In this document: one piece after another, positions 39,328 to 53,400 of the stretch
Position numbering within the stretch: the stretch's first letter is position 1
Layout of the letters: the number at the start of each line of letters is the position of its first letter
DNA from: Hydrolagus affinis
Taxonomy: Eukaryota
Reading direction: 5' to 3'
Length of the DNA stretch: 64,000 nt
NCBI GenBank assembly: GCA_012026655.1
Contig: JAAILG010000341.1
Coordinates: forward strand, 1 to 64,000
Notes under the pieces: model-generated
What the model saw: the letters and a program-made list of their open reading frames with translations, nothing else
Database searches by the model: none
Told to the model about the DNA's origin: nothing
Made by a program: the position numbers and the translations under genes

Positions 39328-39700
39328 GGAGTCCTGTAATATATTGTTAGAGCACTCGCCTTCCAAGTGAGAGGACCTGGCAGGGTGAAATGTTAGGCAA
39401 GTTTCCTTACTCCACATGCTTCTGTTTATGTAGCAATAAGTAGGAACTCAGTTTTTAATCGATTGACGGATCGCTTCTTGGGGGTAATAATCCCTACAAA
39501 ATAATATTTTTTTAAATAATAATTTGGTCACTCCATGACTGTTTGTGGGACACTGCTGTACCGTGTTTCACCCACAAAATATACAGTCAATTAATTTACT
39601 GTATCTTCTGTGAAGCGCTTTGAGACATTTCTCTATAAATCTAATTTGGTTGTTGTTCTCAACAATGTGATAAGGCAATATATCAAATGCAAGGATTATT
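39328..39700 (+). mobile_element. tRNA-derived SINE, long subfamily
   Basis: Head, middle segment CTGTTTATGTAGCAATAAGTAGGAAC, core and tail present. Confidence 0.85.
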
Positions 39701-39730
39701 ATATTATTATATATTATTATATATTATATT

Positions 39731-40014
39731 ATTTTGATAGAGTGCTTTTTCACATCTTGTCGACGTCTCAAAGCGCTTCACAGAATATACTGTAAAGTAA
39801 ATTGACTGTCTGTTTCTGGGTGAAACACGATAGCCAATTGTGCACAGCAGTCTCCCACAAACAGTCATGGATTGAAATGACCAATTTTATTATTGTGTTT
39901 TAGGCGTGTGGAGTAAGAAAACTTGCCCAAAGTTACTCCCTGATCTGTCTGGATTCGAACATAGGTCTCATGCTTGTAAGGCGAGTGCTCTAACTACTGA
40001 GCTACAGGAGCTCC
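39731..40014 (-). mobile_element. tRNA-derived SINE, short subfamily
   Basis: Reverse-complement copy, tail-to-tail with the preceding SINE. Confidence 0.88.
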
Positions 40015-40104
40015 AATATTAGTATTATATATGTTCAGAGTTATACTCAGAATCTCGTATTTCATTAGGCTACAGGTTACTTCTGGGATAATCTACATAT
40101 GCAA

Positions 40105-40370
40105 TCACCAACAACAACAAAATTACACGTATAGCACCATTCACAAAGGGAGGACCTCACAAGGCGCTGGACAGTCATTGTTTCAGACCCGAGCTGGGGA
40201 CAGGGAGGGTGGAGGGAAAGGGAGGGATTTGGAGCGGCCAATGGGGCCATCGAAGAAGAGGGTCTTGAGGCAGGAGTTGATGGAGGCCAGGGATGGGGGT
40301 GAGGCGGAGGGACTGTGGGATGGAGTTCCAGGGTTTGGGGGCAGAGTGGCTGAAGGATCGCCTGCCACTA
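40105..40370 (-). mobile_element. L2 3' end
   Basis: (CAA)n tail; minus strand reads FSHSAPKPWNSIPQSLRL and KTLFFD. Confidence 0.85.
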
Positions 40371-43130
40371 TAAATACTAACGTTCAAAGAGCAAGTCTTA
40401 TCTTAATATGTCCTTTTTATGTTTTGGGTTGATTTGTTCCCAAGTGGCCTAAAGGAAGTTCCTACTAACATCTCTGCAAGGGCAAAGCCAAATCGTTTTT
40501 TTTACAAAAGTTCCAAAACCCTAAGGAGTAAATTCTGACCTTCAACTGGAAAATAATCAAAGTCATTTGAAAAGGAAGCAATCTTTTCATTTATCTACAA
40601 CTCTAATTCGGGGAGTTTGTTACATTTCTCCCAATGTATCCTGGCCAACAAATCCCCAAATCAAATCAATCATTCACTTCATGGCTGTTTGTGGGATATT
40701 GCTGTATGCAAACTGGCTGCCGCATTCACCCCACAAAGTACACATCATAGTAAATCCCATGAAGTGCTTGGACATGTCCTCCAAATATGAAAGGCTCTAA
40801 AGCAAATGCAAGGATTGTTTATGATGAAGATTGAGATCTATCTTTTTATTTTACAAAGGATTTTTAGCTGCAATCTAAGAAAAATAAACATGATCTCTAA
40901 ATCCATTGGAAGCAATACCAAACATAGGAGCTGGGAATGGTGGTGCTGTACGTGTGGCTGAAATGTTTATAAGTGCTTTGATGGGTGAGCTTTCAGAATT
41001 ATTACAAAATTTTATTAATTTGAGATTTTCTTAATCCTACCTACTTGCAATTCTGGCACTTATTAATTGCCACTTCACTGTTTTTTTTTAGGAATTCTCT
41101 TGTTTATGGGTTGCACCTCACATTGAAATCTCTGTATTTAATACAGCGCCTTTCAAGTTGCAAGGATGTATGAAAGTGCTTCATGGGATTTACTGTAACT
41201 GCAGTAAATGTATGTTTTGCAGGCAAACCCCAACAGTGCATCAGAGTGTCAGCCTAGACTGCAACTTAGGAATACATTAACTTTAAGATTGAAACAAATA
41301 AAGAAGAAATCCTCTATTGAGCTACTCTGCAATAACGTACTAATCACCACCATGTTAATATTTGCTTAAGTCTTACAATTGTTGATTGAAGATACTCTCT
41401 CCTTAAAACTTCCCTTAAGTACAATAAGGAACAAGATACTAGGATAGGGTGATCAGACAAAAAGGAATGGCAGAGAGGATATCATGTTCAATATCGTGAG
41501 GAATAGTTAAGATATTGTGTAAGTTATGCGAAAGGCGCTATACAAGTGTAATTTTGTTGTTGTTCCAAATCCCAAATAAACATAATTTTGTCAGCTTTAC
41601 TTAAATTTACTGAATACGTAAATTTGGCCATGATTTGATAGTTTGTCATGAAAATTATAATTTTCTCTGCCTGATTCTTCACTCTGGCAGCAAATAATAA
41701 TCTGCCTGACATTTGGATGTCATTGCCAATTTCAGTTAAGGGTTAATGCACATTTTGTCTCCAAAAATATACAGTCAATCCAGTCTACGGTATAATGTAT
41801 GAAGCGCTTTGAGACATTTCTAAGATACGATATGGCGCTATATCAAATGCAAGGGTTATTATTATATTGGTTTGAGCATACTGGAAACTAAACCCCTTCA
41901 AATTTACAGATGAGGGAACTGGGCTCGTTGATTGGGCAGCTAGTATTTTAGAGATTAAAGTTTGATGAGTAATGAGATTGAGGTCATCTTCATGAAGAGT
42001 TAAAAGGAGGATTTGAAGTGCCAAGATCAATTAGCTCTACTCTATCAGCGCCAGAGCAACTGCTGAATTCACCTTCTGTGCCACAGGCACCTTTCAAACC
42101 ATTGCTTCATCCACCTTGGGCTCCAGTCAGTCAGCAACAGTCTGGAACAATTTCTCAAAGCGTCATTGCTGTGTTCAGGAGGACAAATCATTACCTTTGT
42201 GTCCCTGCAGCAACAAGGGACCTACAGAAGAATGCTTCACTGGTGTTGACTTCCCTAATGACTTAGGAGCTATTAACCTGCTGAGAATATGTGAGTCGAC
42301 ACTAACCAGAAAGGTTTGCAGCCTGTTAATGTGCAGGTGGAATGTATTGCTGAGAAGATCATTATGGATATGTTTAGCACCTTTTGTGTGCAAAACGCAG
42401 GACCCATTCTTTATTTATTCTTATTATTTTATTCTTATTATTTTATTCTTATTAATACGGGGCAGGGCAAAGAACACTGACTGGTGTACTGGCTTTGTTA
42501 GGTGTGAAGCTACAGTTCTCTCATAGTATATGTGATTTCTGTCATTATTTTAATCCATTGGCATTTCCACTGGTACAGGTAACGGAAGCTATGCTAATGT
42601 GAAATACTGCTTCAAGATTCCAGTACCAAGTGGCTCTAGCAATGCACAGAAGTATGATATGATGCTGAAAAACAACAAAACATACAGTCATTTAACTTTA
42701 CAGTATGTCCTGTGAAGCACTTTGAGACATCTTGTAGATATGATGAGGCGCAATATGAAATGCAAGCTTATATTTATTATTATATTACAGGGATCTTTCT
42801 AAAGATGCATATTCTGGACGTGAAATAATGATGTCTGGTCAAAACAAGGGCAGATTCTGATACACATCTACAAGGTCAGCACATACTTTCTTGCCTGATG
42901 CCTTGTGTGGAATTGTCGTCATCCTGCAATTGGACGGCAAGGAGAGATAATGGCATAGTTAACAATCAAGGATGTCTTGTTGAATATATCATGAGATACT
43001 AGGGACACTCATATTTTTCTTAAGAGAAAACGAGTCACAATCCACAGGTAAACCTTGCTATGAGAATTCAAGATTTGCTCTATTGAAGGGAAATATGGAT
43101 GACTTCAGGTTTTAAAAAAGAAGTTCAATG

Positions 43131-43420
43131 GAGTCCATTGGTGCAGTGAGTTAGTGTGTTCATCTCACAAGTTTCCTTACTCCACATGCCTGTTTACCTA
43201 GCAGTAAGTAAGAACCTGGTTGTTAGTCAATTGGCAGATCACTTTCTCACTTTCTAATATCTCTCCCCTAAAATATGTGGTCACATGACTGTTTGTGACT
43301 AAACTAAGTGCAGCCTAGTTTCACCCACAAAATACACAATGATATTACAATGTGAAGCCCTTTGAGATGTCTCGATGACGTGGTAAGGCATTACATCGAA
43401 GGCAAGGATACTTATTATTA
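43131..43420 (+). mobile_element. tRNA-derived SINE with internal deletions
   Basis: Degraded head, CAAGTTTCCTTACTCCACATGCCTGTTTACCTAGCAGTAAGT, tail GCAAGGATACTTATT. Confidence 0.75.
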
Positions 43421-46400
43421 TGAAAAGTAATGGTTTAGCTGTTGTTTTGTTAACTGGGCTGCCTTGGGGAATCAAATCTCCGAAATGTGGTGAGGGCAGA
43501 CTCATGTACTCTATCTGTCACAAATGTCTCAATGCAATGATTAGTCTTAGAGATTAATATACTTTAGGGATTGAAATATTTGGAATTTACTGCCAACAAG
43601 TGCAATGAATAACGACCCAGATTCAAAAAGGAAGTGGACATATTTTTGATTCAACATTCAGTCAAGTAAGACAGGGGAAAGATTAAATAGTTTACCTGAG
43701 ACTGTAAAACTACCAGGTGAACAGGATTAACTAAATTTACGTGTTTCACACGCACTCTGCTTATATTTTAAAATTGCTATTTATAAATGTGCCAATCACG
43801 TTCAATGTACACAAGAAATGTTACATTGTTATGGTGCTACTTACGGGCACCATCCCTGACTACGTACAATTAAAATTGACAAAAATAGCAAAAAAAAGGC
43901 AGCTTAATGTAGAATAATAACAGCTGATGATAGCAGCTGTTGAGTTTGTCAATGAATTTGTTCAGCTTGCCGGCAAAATGTGCAGATCGGGAAAGCGGTT
44001 CATAATAATACATTTCAATGGAACGAGCATTTGTGTTAAACTCCTCCAGAACACTGCCTGAGACATCATATACCTTGAACCAACTCGCAACTTCGAAGGA
44101 CATTTGGAACACATCAACCAACCTCGTCTCCCTCCTTCCCTTCCCTCCCGATATCCTCCAGCATTGACAGCCTGGCTGCTGGCTGCCTGCTGCCAACCTT
44201 GGGTGCAGCTGTTGTGCCTACTGGCTCCATCTCACATGGGCACAAATAGCCGCTGCACTGGCAAGACCTCTTCAAAGAACACTGCTGCTGTGGTTATCTC
44301 AACCCCGTTCCAATTTCTGAGCAGAAATTCATGGCAAAACTACAAAGTTGATTGATTGGCTTGATTGATCATATTTGAAGATCGAGATTAACATTTCCAA
44401 TTCAGAAAATATTGGATTATAATGATGAATTGTACGTTGTTTCTTACAAAAAAAAGTTTGGCACATAAACAATCACTTTGTATTTAAAATACACTGACTT
44501 TGTTTATTTTAACTTTGGTTCCTAGTTCTGCGACTGGTAGGAATAAGGAGCCAAGGGCTGATGGTGGTACCAATCGAGCTTGGGCTGCCCAATCTGCCCA
44601 ATCACTGATAAACGAGACAGGCTGAAGGACAATCAACAATACTTTGGCTTATTGACGATCTGCGTGGATTATTCCAAAGGCATTAAATTAATGTATTTCG
44701 CCCACAAATATACAATCAATTCACTTTACAGCATATTCTGTAAAGCATATTCTGTAAAACACTTTAACACATTTCAAAGAGGTAAAAAAGTACTACATCA
44801 AATGCAAGGTTTATTATTACTATCAATTGCAATGTATTGTATTATGAATAAAAAGGTTATGTGGCCCTGACAAACTTTCCATTATCTAAACGACAATTTG
44901 TGGGAATTTCAGTTAATTGAAAGGTGAGTCTTGAGGGGATAAAGGTTAGTTGATTTTCATTGTTGTGAAATGCCAGCAAAGGCCCAATAGCTCAAACCAA
45001 TGAGAACGACATAGCCGTTCAGCAATCCAGGAGTTGGGGGGTCATAGGGCAGCCATTAGAATTAATGTGTCCTAAATTGACCCAGTTTTGTCATTTTGTA
45101 TCTGGTCAAAGGATCATTGCTATGGAAACTGGCATAATCCAATTTACTGTGCTCAAACCATACCTCCAGTTGTCTTATCATAAAACGCCATTGGGAGGTC
45201 TGTGGTTCAGCCTGTGGATTCCTCCTCTGATATATTAAGGAGTTATATATATAAGTGTGGATGGAACACCCACCAAGCAGTACATAGTGGGAAATAGATC
45301 TAAATCTCATTAAAAATTACAAAATTGACAGCAAGATCTGTCTCAAAAGGAATGAACCACCCACCCCCACCCCACACCAGTTTTAAATGTAATACTTTAG
45401 TATGCAATAGAGGGATTAATATTTGACTTCTAAGTTCCAACGTGGAATAAACTACATTGTCATTTGTATATGTGAAACCATCTGCAGAACAAGATCTGTG
45501 GCGGAGGTTTGTTTTATTTATGTAAGTATTGAATACAATGATCCATTATCCATCTTTACTGATGTGTTTTACATTCTAAAAATTTTAACATTATCACTTA
45601 ACTTATTCCGAGATATAAATCCATATAAAATAGAGTATTTGGGCAAAAGTTTCAAATGTATGTTGTAATGTTATTACCAGTGATAATTAACCCATCACTC
45701 CCAAATCTATGGGACTTCAACTGATTGTTAAGGGATATGAATTCGATTTTCAGTGGGATTTGACTATTTGGCTTCTGAAATGTGGATATTTGTTAAACTG
45801 AAACCGAAGATCTGATCTCGATCTTGCCAGCTAATGAGCAGCTCCTCGGGATGGAATGTTGAGGCATTCCTAATCGAAATTACATTGTAAGAGGAAATGA
45901 ATGTGTTCTTCCTGAATTCCATTCAGAGTCAAATGCAGACCAAACATCCTGAATGTGTCAAATGCACCAGGAAAAATGGACAAGCGTCTACCACTAGATT
46001 AACAGGGACATTGTTCCAAACTCGCACAACTGCTTTACTCCACCCTATAGAGCTATAACACAGGCATGCTTTAGAAGTTTAGATTGATCAACAGATAGTT
46101 ATAACATAATATAGCTTTTTAATAAATTACTGGGTCCAAAAGTGATTAACTGCTGGAGTGAGTCACAAGCTTGAACTGATTGAATTTGAATCATTTTAGG
46201 ATTTGAATTTGCAGCTACTTTTACCCAGGTAAAGACTTAGGAACATTTGCTCATTGTCATCATAATATTAATAACACTTGCATTTGATATAGGGCGTTTC
46301 ACAGCTCAAAGCACGTCACAGGATTTTCTGTATTTTGTAAGCAGGATGTAACCCTCCTGTGAGGAGTGAAGATCAAGATTCGCGTGTACTCACACAATAA

Positions 46401-48277
46401 ATGCACACAAGGAACATAGTTTATTCCCGAGACCCTGTACATTTAGTTCCCCACAAGTATTGTCGAAGAAACAAATGTGAAAATCATCTCAACACTAACA
46501 TGCACTGATAGAATCTGAATCATTTCAGGTTTCATATCTGCCTCCAGTTTTCACCAGGTAATGGCATTGGGAGCATTTGCTCATAGTCATAATAATAACA
46601 CTTGCATTTGATATAGCGCCTTACACATATCAAAGCACGTCACAGGATATACTGTATTTTGTAAGCAGGATGCGACCCTCCATGGAGCGAGCACGCATTC
46701 AATTCTAACAATCTATCTCTGGAATTCCCATGTATAAATTGGAAGCATGGAATTCTCAGCTTGGTTTGGATACTCTTAAGCATGGTGATGGGTTTCCGCA
46801 GGCATCAGATACCCAGCTGATCCCCCCAAAAAACTGTATTTCATACATAAATGCTTTGTAGAGGGGTAACAGAATAGCCTGAGCTGGTAGAGAGTGCTCT
46901 GTTGGTGTGATGTTACACTAATTGTGTAATTCCTCTTTTCAAAACTAGCCGGTTGGAAGATGGCATGCATAGTCACCATCGGCAGCATCAGAAGCTAATG
47001 GTACTCGGTCTTTGAATGACATTTTGGCAACAGTGCAAATTCCCAATCTGATCTAACAACATGTAACATTTCCTGTAATACGTTGCAGCTTTAGAGCAGA
47101 TACAGTAACAAAAGGTACTGACTGAAAACAGCTCGCACAGTATTTTCAGCTGTTTTCTCAACATGTGTCTCACTCTGTCTGCAGATAGGCATAAAACAAC
47201 CCTACCCATCCACCCAAGAGGCTAATGTATTCTCCAGGCACACAGCAGAGATCTGCCCTTATAAACCCATGCACACTGGGACTTGCTGAACACACTCCAG
47301 GCCTGGATGATATTTCCCTTCAGTTTGCCAACCTTGGGCCCACACTTGACGGTGCTAATTCTGCAGATGATTTACTATTTACAAGCATCAACGTTCTTCC
47401 TTCCATAATTGCTATTTTATTTCAAGCAACTTATTGTTGGCAACAACAGTAAAACTTGGTACAAAAATTCTATGTGTATAGTCAAGCAGGTAGATCACAA
47501 TCCATTTAGCAGACACAGTACACTAAACTTTTATTTGACATTTTATTTGGCTTTGAAAAATGACTAGTGGTTGGATTATAACATAATTTGTCTTGTCTTT
47601 ATTACCAGCACAAAGGACACTATTCATTAATTATTCTGCCGTGCAGCTTAACACTGCCTGGAAAGGTCTCTCTTTGGACAGATGGCTGCAAAGATGTTAT
47701 TTATATCAATCAGTTTGAAATGCTCAACAAGGATTACTGTTTCTGTGACTACAATGATTTATTTCATTTTACCTTACACACCCTAAACCCTCTCCCCATT
47801 GTAGGAACTGAGATTTTCAGTACAAGTAGGAATCACGGCAATATTGTACCAAAGAGACAACAAAAACGATTTCAATAAGCACCACTCAAAGCTTCTTTAT
47901 TTGGAGTCTGGTAAAGTAAATACTTTTCTAGTCAAATAATATGTTTGTATGTCCATAGTCCTTACCATGAAAATTATTCTGGTATTCTCTCTTGTGGTGA
48001 ACTGAATGCAACATACTACAAAAAGACTTTGTAAAGCCAGATTAACAGTGATTTGAGGTTGGAGTAACCTGCTGACAAAATACAGGAAACTAAGCTTCCT
48101 TTTGGGAGAAAAATAATTCTTTTAATCTGCATGGCAACACTGAAATTTACAGAAAATAAATGAAGAAAGCAAATGCATGGGTGGCAAAATCCTTGAAAAA
48201 AGAGTTCTGACCCTCCGCCTCATTGAATACATACGGAATACTGACAAAAGATTAGTATTTTTTGTTACAGCCTGAGC

Positions 48278-48600
48278 TACAACAACAACTTGCATTTATA
48301 TTGCACCTTTCATGGGGGAATAGTGCCTTGGAGCACTGAATAATGGCAAAGTTTGAAGCCGAGATGGAGAAAAGGGCCATAAGCACATTCAAAGAAGAAA
48401 TTCTTCAGGTGTCATCTGAAGACAAGTAAAGAATCAGAAATGTGAAGCGATTCCAGCAGGGGCTCCATAGATTCAAGGTGTGGTGGCTGAAGGTTTGGCT
48501 GAAGAAGGGTCAGGGAGCGTCCAGAAGGCTGAAGTCAGCTGAGCAAAAGGGAGCAGATAGAGGAGTTGTGTACAAGCAGGTTTAGGTATAGAATTTCTCC
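48278..48600 (-). mobile_element. Degraded L2 3' end
   Basis: ACAACAACAACTTGCATTTATAT tail plus L2-like body. Confidence 0.65.
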
Positions 48601-49150
48601 AAGTATCCTGCCCTGCAATTCTCCAAATAAAATTGATGATTGACTGTTTGTGGAACATAACTATGTGCAAATTAATTGCCATGTTTGCCTATAAATTACA
48701 CAGTCACTATACTCTACTGTTAATCCTGTGAAATAGTTAAAGAGACATTTTGAAAGCACTCCTTGAAATGTGAGGATAGTATTATAATTATTTTGCATCA
48801 ACTATATTCCAATGTTTTATCCAAACACATACTGTATATTCTTTTCCAACAGCAATTTTCCAGGTTAATGTTTCAGCTCCCACCCCTCTACTCCCCTGTG
48901 TTAGATGTAGTTACTTCTTTGTGTGTAATATAATGACGTTGATTACTATCATTCCAACAAAACCAAACTTAAAGTGAATTTCTTTCGAATACATACCTAC
49001 TCCTTTAAGCAACTTAACAGTATAACCTTGTCATTAGAATCTGCTTGCTAGAATTAAACTTCATCAAGCCAAGTATCAGCAACATGCAAATAACCTTGCA
49101 GGTTCTGATTAAGATTTTAACCGTATCCTTTTGCTTTTAAGAGAGGAAAA

Positions 49151-49322
49151 NNNNNNNNNNNNNNNNNNNNNNNNNNNNNNNNNNNNNNNNNNNNNNNNNN
49201 NNNNNNNNNNNNNNNNNNNNNNNNNNNNNNNNNNNNNNNNNNNNNNNNNNNNNNNNNNNNNNNNNNNNNNNNNNNNNNNNNNNNNNNNNNNNNNNNNNNN
49301 NNNNNNNNNNNNNNNNNNNNNN
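49151..49322. other. Assembly gap
   Basis: Run of N. Confidence 1.
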
Positions 49323-50289
49323 TTATTACAATAATGCTGCATGTAGATAAGTGTAACATGCTGCACAAAAAGGCATTCATTTCTCCAAAGTGTTGAAATT
49401 AGCTTCATTCTGCCATTGTGAATTAATGTTCATCTGCCAGGAAGCTGAATATGCAAGAAGTGCAAAGAATTTGTAATAAATTTGTTAATTACATATTTAG
49501 GTAGTGCAACTCTGTTGTTTTTCCAGTATGTTTTCAAAAGTAGGTTTGTTAATGCAACTTTTGATCGGTTGCTTAACTTGACGCAACCTACTTTAAAATT
49601 CCCTCAGTTCAACACATTCCAGAGTTCTTTATTTGCTTGCAAAAATCAGATATGCAATATGACATATATTTTATCATTTTGCTCATCACATTCCCATTTG
49701 TCGAATGCAAATAAGACCAATCTAAGTGCTTTGAAACTGCAATTTAAATGAAGTATATGACTGGCTCTATCAAAATCTGTTTAAGGTTGCCATGGTTGAC
49801 AGATCAGTTGGGTCATAGACATGAGCCACAAAGGTCATCCATCCAAATTGATTTACAACCTTTCAACCTTTTGTTATAGGACAACACCAATATTTTAGAA
49901 TATGGAAAGAAATTCATTTCAAACAATCTGGACAATTTGAAGCATTTTTTTTTAGGTTCCCTGATTAATGCATGTTTGATTTTTAGACATCGTTGATAGA
50001 ATCTGTAGTTAATTTGGGCTAAAATTTCATATTTTAAGCAAGCACTGCACAAATTGAAAGTCTTAGGACATACGCCAAATACAAATTCTGCATCTTACAT
50101 GTATTTTTGCTAGCAGAAAGAATATGTTGGTAGTTGAGATTGAGGATGTGCTTTTCAGTGCAGAATACTTGAATGTATCGGCTAAATAGTAAACTGGCAT
50201 CATACAAGTGATAGCACACGATTACAGTAAAATTGTTGCAGTGCAAAGATGCAATTTGCAGCACTACCTAAATTCAGCGATTTTAATTT

Positions 50290-50460
50290 CTACCTATATA
50301 ATGCCCCTCGTGCAGGGCAGCGTCCCAGAGCGCTTGGCAGTGGAGCATGGAGCATGACGCTAAGCCAGGGGGAGGAGAGGTAACCGAAGGCATGGTCAAA
50401 TAGGATGGTCTTCAGGCATGATCTAATGATGGGAACGAAAGGGGCAAAGCAGAGGGATAA
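50290..50460 (-). mobile_element. L2 3' end
   Basis: Minus strand reads LKTILFDHAF and has a GCGCTCTGGGACGC terminal motif. Confidence 0.7.
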
Positions 50461-53400
50461 TAATGCATTCAATGGAACAATTATATGACATGCATTGTGA
50501 TTATATATGTTTAATCACATTGATATAAAATGTTGTAATATCTCCCCTTTTCCCCATTTTTGTACTGACATAGTACAGAGAAAATAGCAGTTTGTAGATT
50601 TCATACAATCCAATTTCAGTACACTTCACAGTAAAATCTTGCAAAGTGTTCAGAGACATTGTATCATTGTGATAAGGGATATATAAAATGCAAGGATTAT
50701 CATTATCTTTTTTTACCCCGGGAATAATTGATGAAAATTATGATACAAAACATATTTGGTTGATCCCACATATATTAAACTCAATGTATTTTCCACACTT
50801 TCAAATCATTTTTCAAATTCCAAATCCTAGCTTGTTTTGTTTCCCATAATAACACCTGGCTAGCGTATCAAATCCATGACTCTGGCTTCAATTAAACCAC
50901 TTTGTGATTTTTATACTATATTTACAATTAGAAGTCAGAATACTAAGATTAGACTTTAGTTTGAGTTTTCGTGCTGATCGTTGCATGTTTTAAAGATGAA
51001 TAACATTTATTCACTCATTAATTTTATGCAAACTACCATGCACATGAAAGAAAAACTGCTATAAATTATGGATAGATTGTTAAAATCTATCTGTGTGCAC
51101 ACTGTGGTACTGCTGTTTAGAAATGACAGAGTCACTTACCTTCAACAATGATACATATTTGATGTTTTTACATAATGAACACCAACAGTAAAAATACAGA
51201 ATTGTCTATTAGTCCTGTTTTCCAAAACAATGCTTGTTTAACATGATGCTAATGCCTGCAGTGTTTGTGGCATCATTAAAGTTAGAGTCAGTGTACGTGA
51301 AGGGAACCGTCGAACCACACATGATAATGTAGAGGTCCATTGCTATGTAGTGTTGTGTGTTTTCCTAAGTGTTGTAGTTACACACAAGAAAATAGACTGC
51401 AGGGCGACACAATAAATTTTCATCGAGCTTTCCAGATCCTATCTGAGTTACAAAGAATTACACAGACTGCAGGGCAAGAAAACAGGACATTCAGGATGTT
51501 CAGTCGATTTAGTCTGTGCCAATGTTTATATTCCACACATCCTAATCTCCCTTCCATCCCTCCCTCTCATACCTCCTCGATGCCTTTCTTCCTCTTAAAT
51601 GCATTGATGCTTACCGATTCAACATCCGCTTCTGGCAGTGAGTTTTACATGCTCACCACCCTCTAAACTCCCTGTTAGATCAGAAGTGTGATATTGTATG
51701 AAAAGGATGGACGTGATAGACCTTATTGAAAAATATGGTGGCCCCCAAGAAAAGTGAAGGGAGTTCAGGTCTGAAGATCAGTCCTCTACAAGTATATCAC
51801 ATATTATTTTTGGTTAGCCAGGTGTCTGAAACATGTGAAAAACTGTCCCTGAGTATCCCTGAAAACAATCTCCAGCACCCTGCACACTATGGTCTTTCTG
51901 ATGTGGTGGGCACTATACAAGTGTAATTTGTTGTTGTTGTCATTGTATCCAAACCAAACTGAGAATTCCATGCATCCAAAACATACATGAAAATTCCAGA
52001 AATATTTGTTAGAATAGAATGCACACTCTCTCCCCGGTGTGACACATCCTGTTTACTTAATTCCGAAAAATATTAGGTGCTGGTTGGCAACGGCCAAGGC
52101 TTGGGAACCCAAAAATGTGCTTTGGGGATAACTGCTGGAGTCTAATCAGCTAAAACCACATCGCTTGCCATCAGAACACTGCGGGCAAGCTTTTCCCCGC
52201 TTGTACAACTAGGAATACTCTACCCGTTAAAGCTTTGGCTTACAGGGTTAACAGCAGTTGAGGGCAAAGTGTCCTTGCCCCCAGTGACTCGTCTGCCCCT
52301 CCAAGTCCTGCCAACTGACTCGCTGGCTATCCTGTCATCAGCAGTACCCTGGCGTACTACAGACCTGGCTGACTCAAGATCTGCAATGTATCACTCTACC
52401 TGACTAGATCTTTCATAGATATAGCAGTGTTATGACTTTGTGACAGGACAGGGACTATTTGATGTTTCGTTATTATTTCTCCTGAATTTGCATCCCTTCA
52501 CTGTGCAGCTAACAGCCCAAATTGAAGTGCAAGCAGTTTCACAGTACATTCCTGATTAACTGTTCTTTGTTCTGTGCATTAATGATGACTTACATGTTAT
52601 ACAAAGAAAATCAAACAGGAGAGACTCAATGGCTTTCTGATTGAATGCAAGTAGACTTTATATTGTACTTGCATATATGTACTATATTTATATTTGTAGC
52701 CTGGACAAGGATAATAAAAAAGCACACCGTTTCTTTAAAGGGATGCTCACATTCTGACAGTTTTAATATATAGCTGATACAAGCTGCAAAAATGAAACTG
52801 TCTTATTAAAGGAAAATAGATTATTACAGAAGAACAGTATGTAGGTAATAACAAACAGCACACCTGCCATTAGTCAGGGAACAGCTGTTTCCCAATTTAA
52901 GCGCCAGATTTCTATAAGTTATGCCCCTATGGGGACAATAATGTGCTACTTTTTTCAGCAAATAAAGTAAATATGAGGATTGTGAATAAAAATGTTAAAA
53001 AGTTTATTACTGAAAACAGATCTATTAAACAGTATATATTGTACTGTTCATATTTTAATAATACTGGTATTTTGCTTCCTGTACAATATGGTTGTGATCT
53101 TTCTTTCCTTTTTAACAATCCCCCGAGATGCCATAGTACTGTACTGATGGGAGCTGCATTGGTATGAATATATTTCTGTAAGAGCCATTGTGCGTTACAT
53201 GATGTTGTAACGGGCAACAGAAGCCATGAGCAAGCACACAAGGAGCGCACAGTAACAGAAGTTTTGCAAGAAGGTTTGTTATGTGTATGTAAATACATTC
53301 AAAATGTTGTAATTCACTGACAGCTGTTGAAAATCGCAAGGGAAATATATTCTCAGCAACATTCTCAGAGAATAAGAGTTCTAAGCACAAGCAAAACGCT

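Noticed and set aside
46336-46455. Possible solo LTR (TGT...AATAAA...CA)
   Set aside because: Short, no clean TSD, and its start is part of the local duplication.
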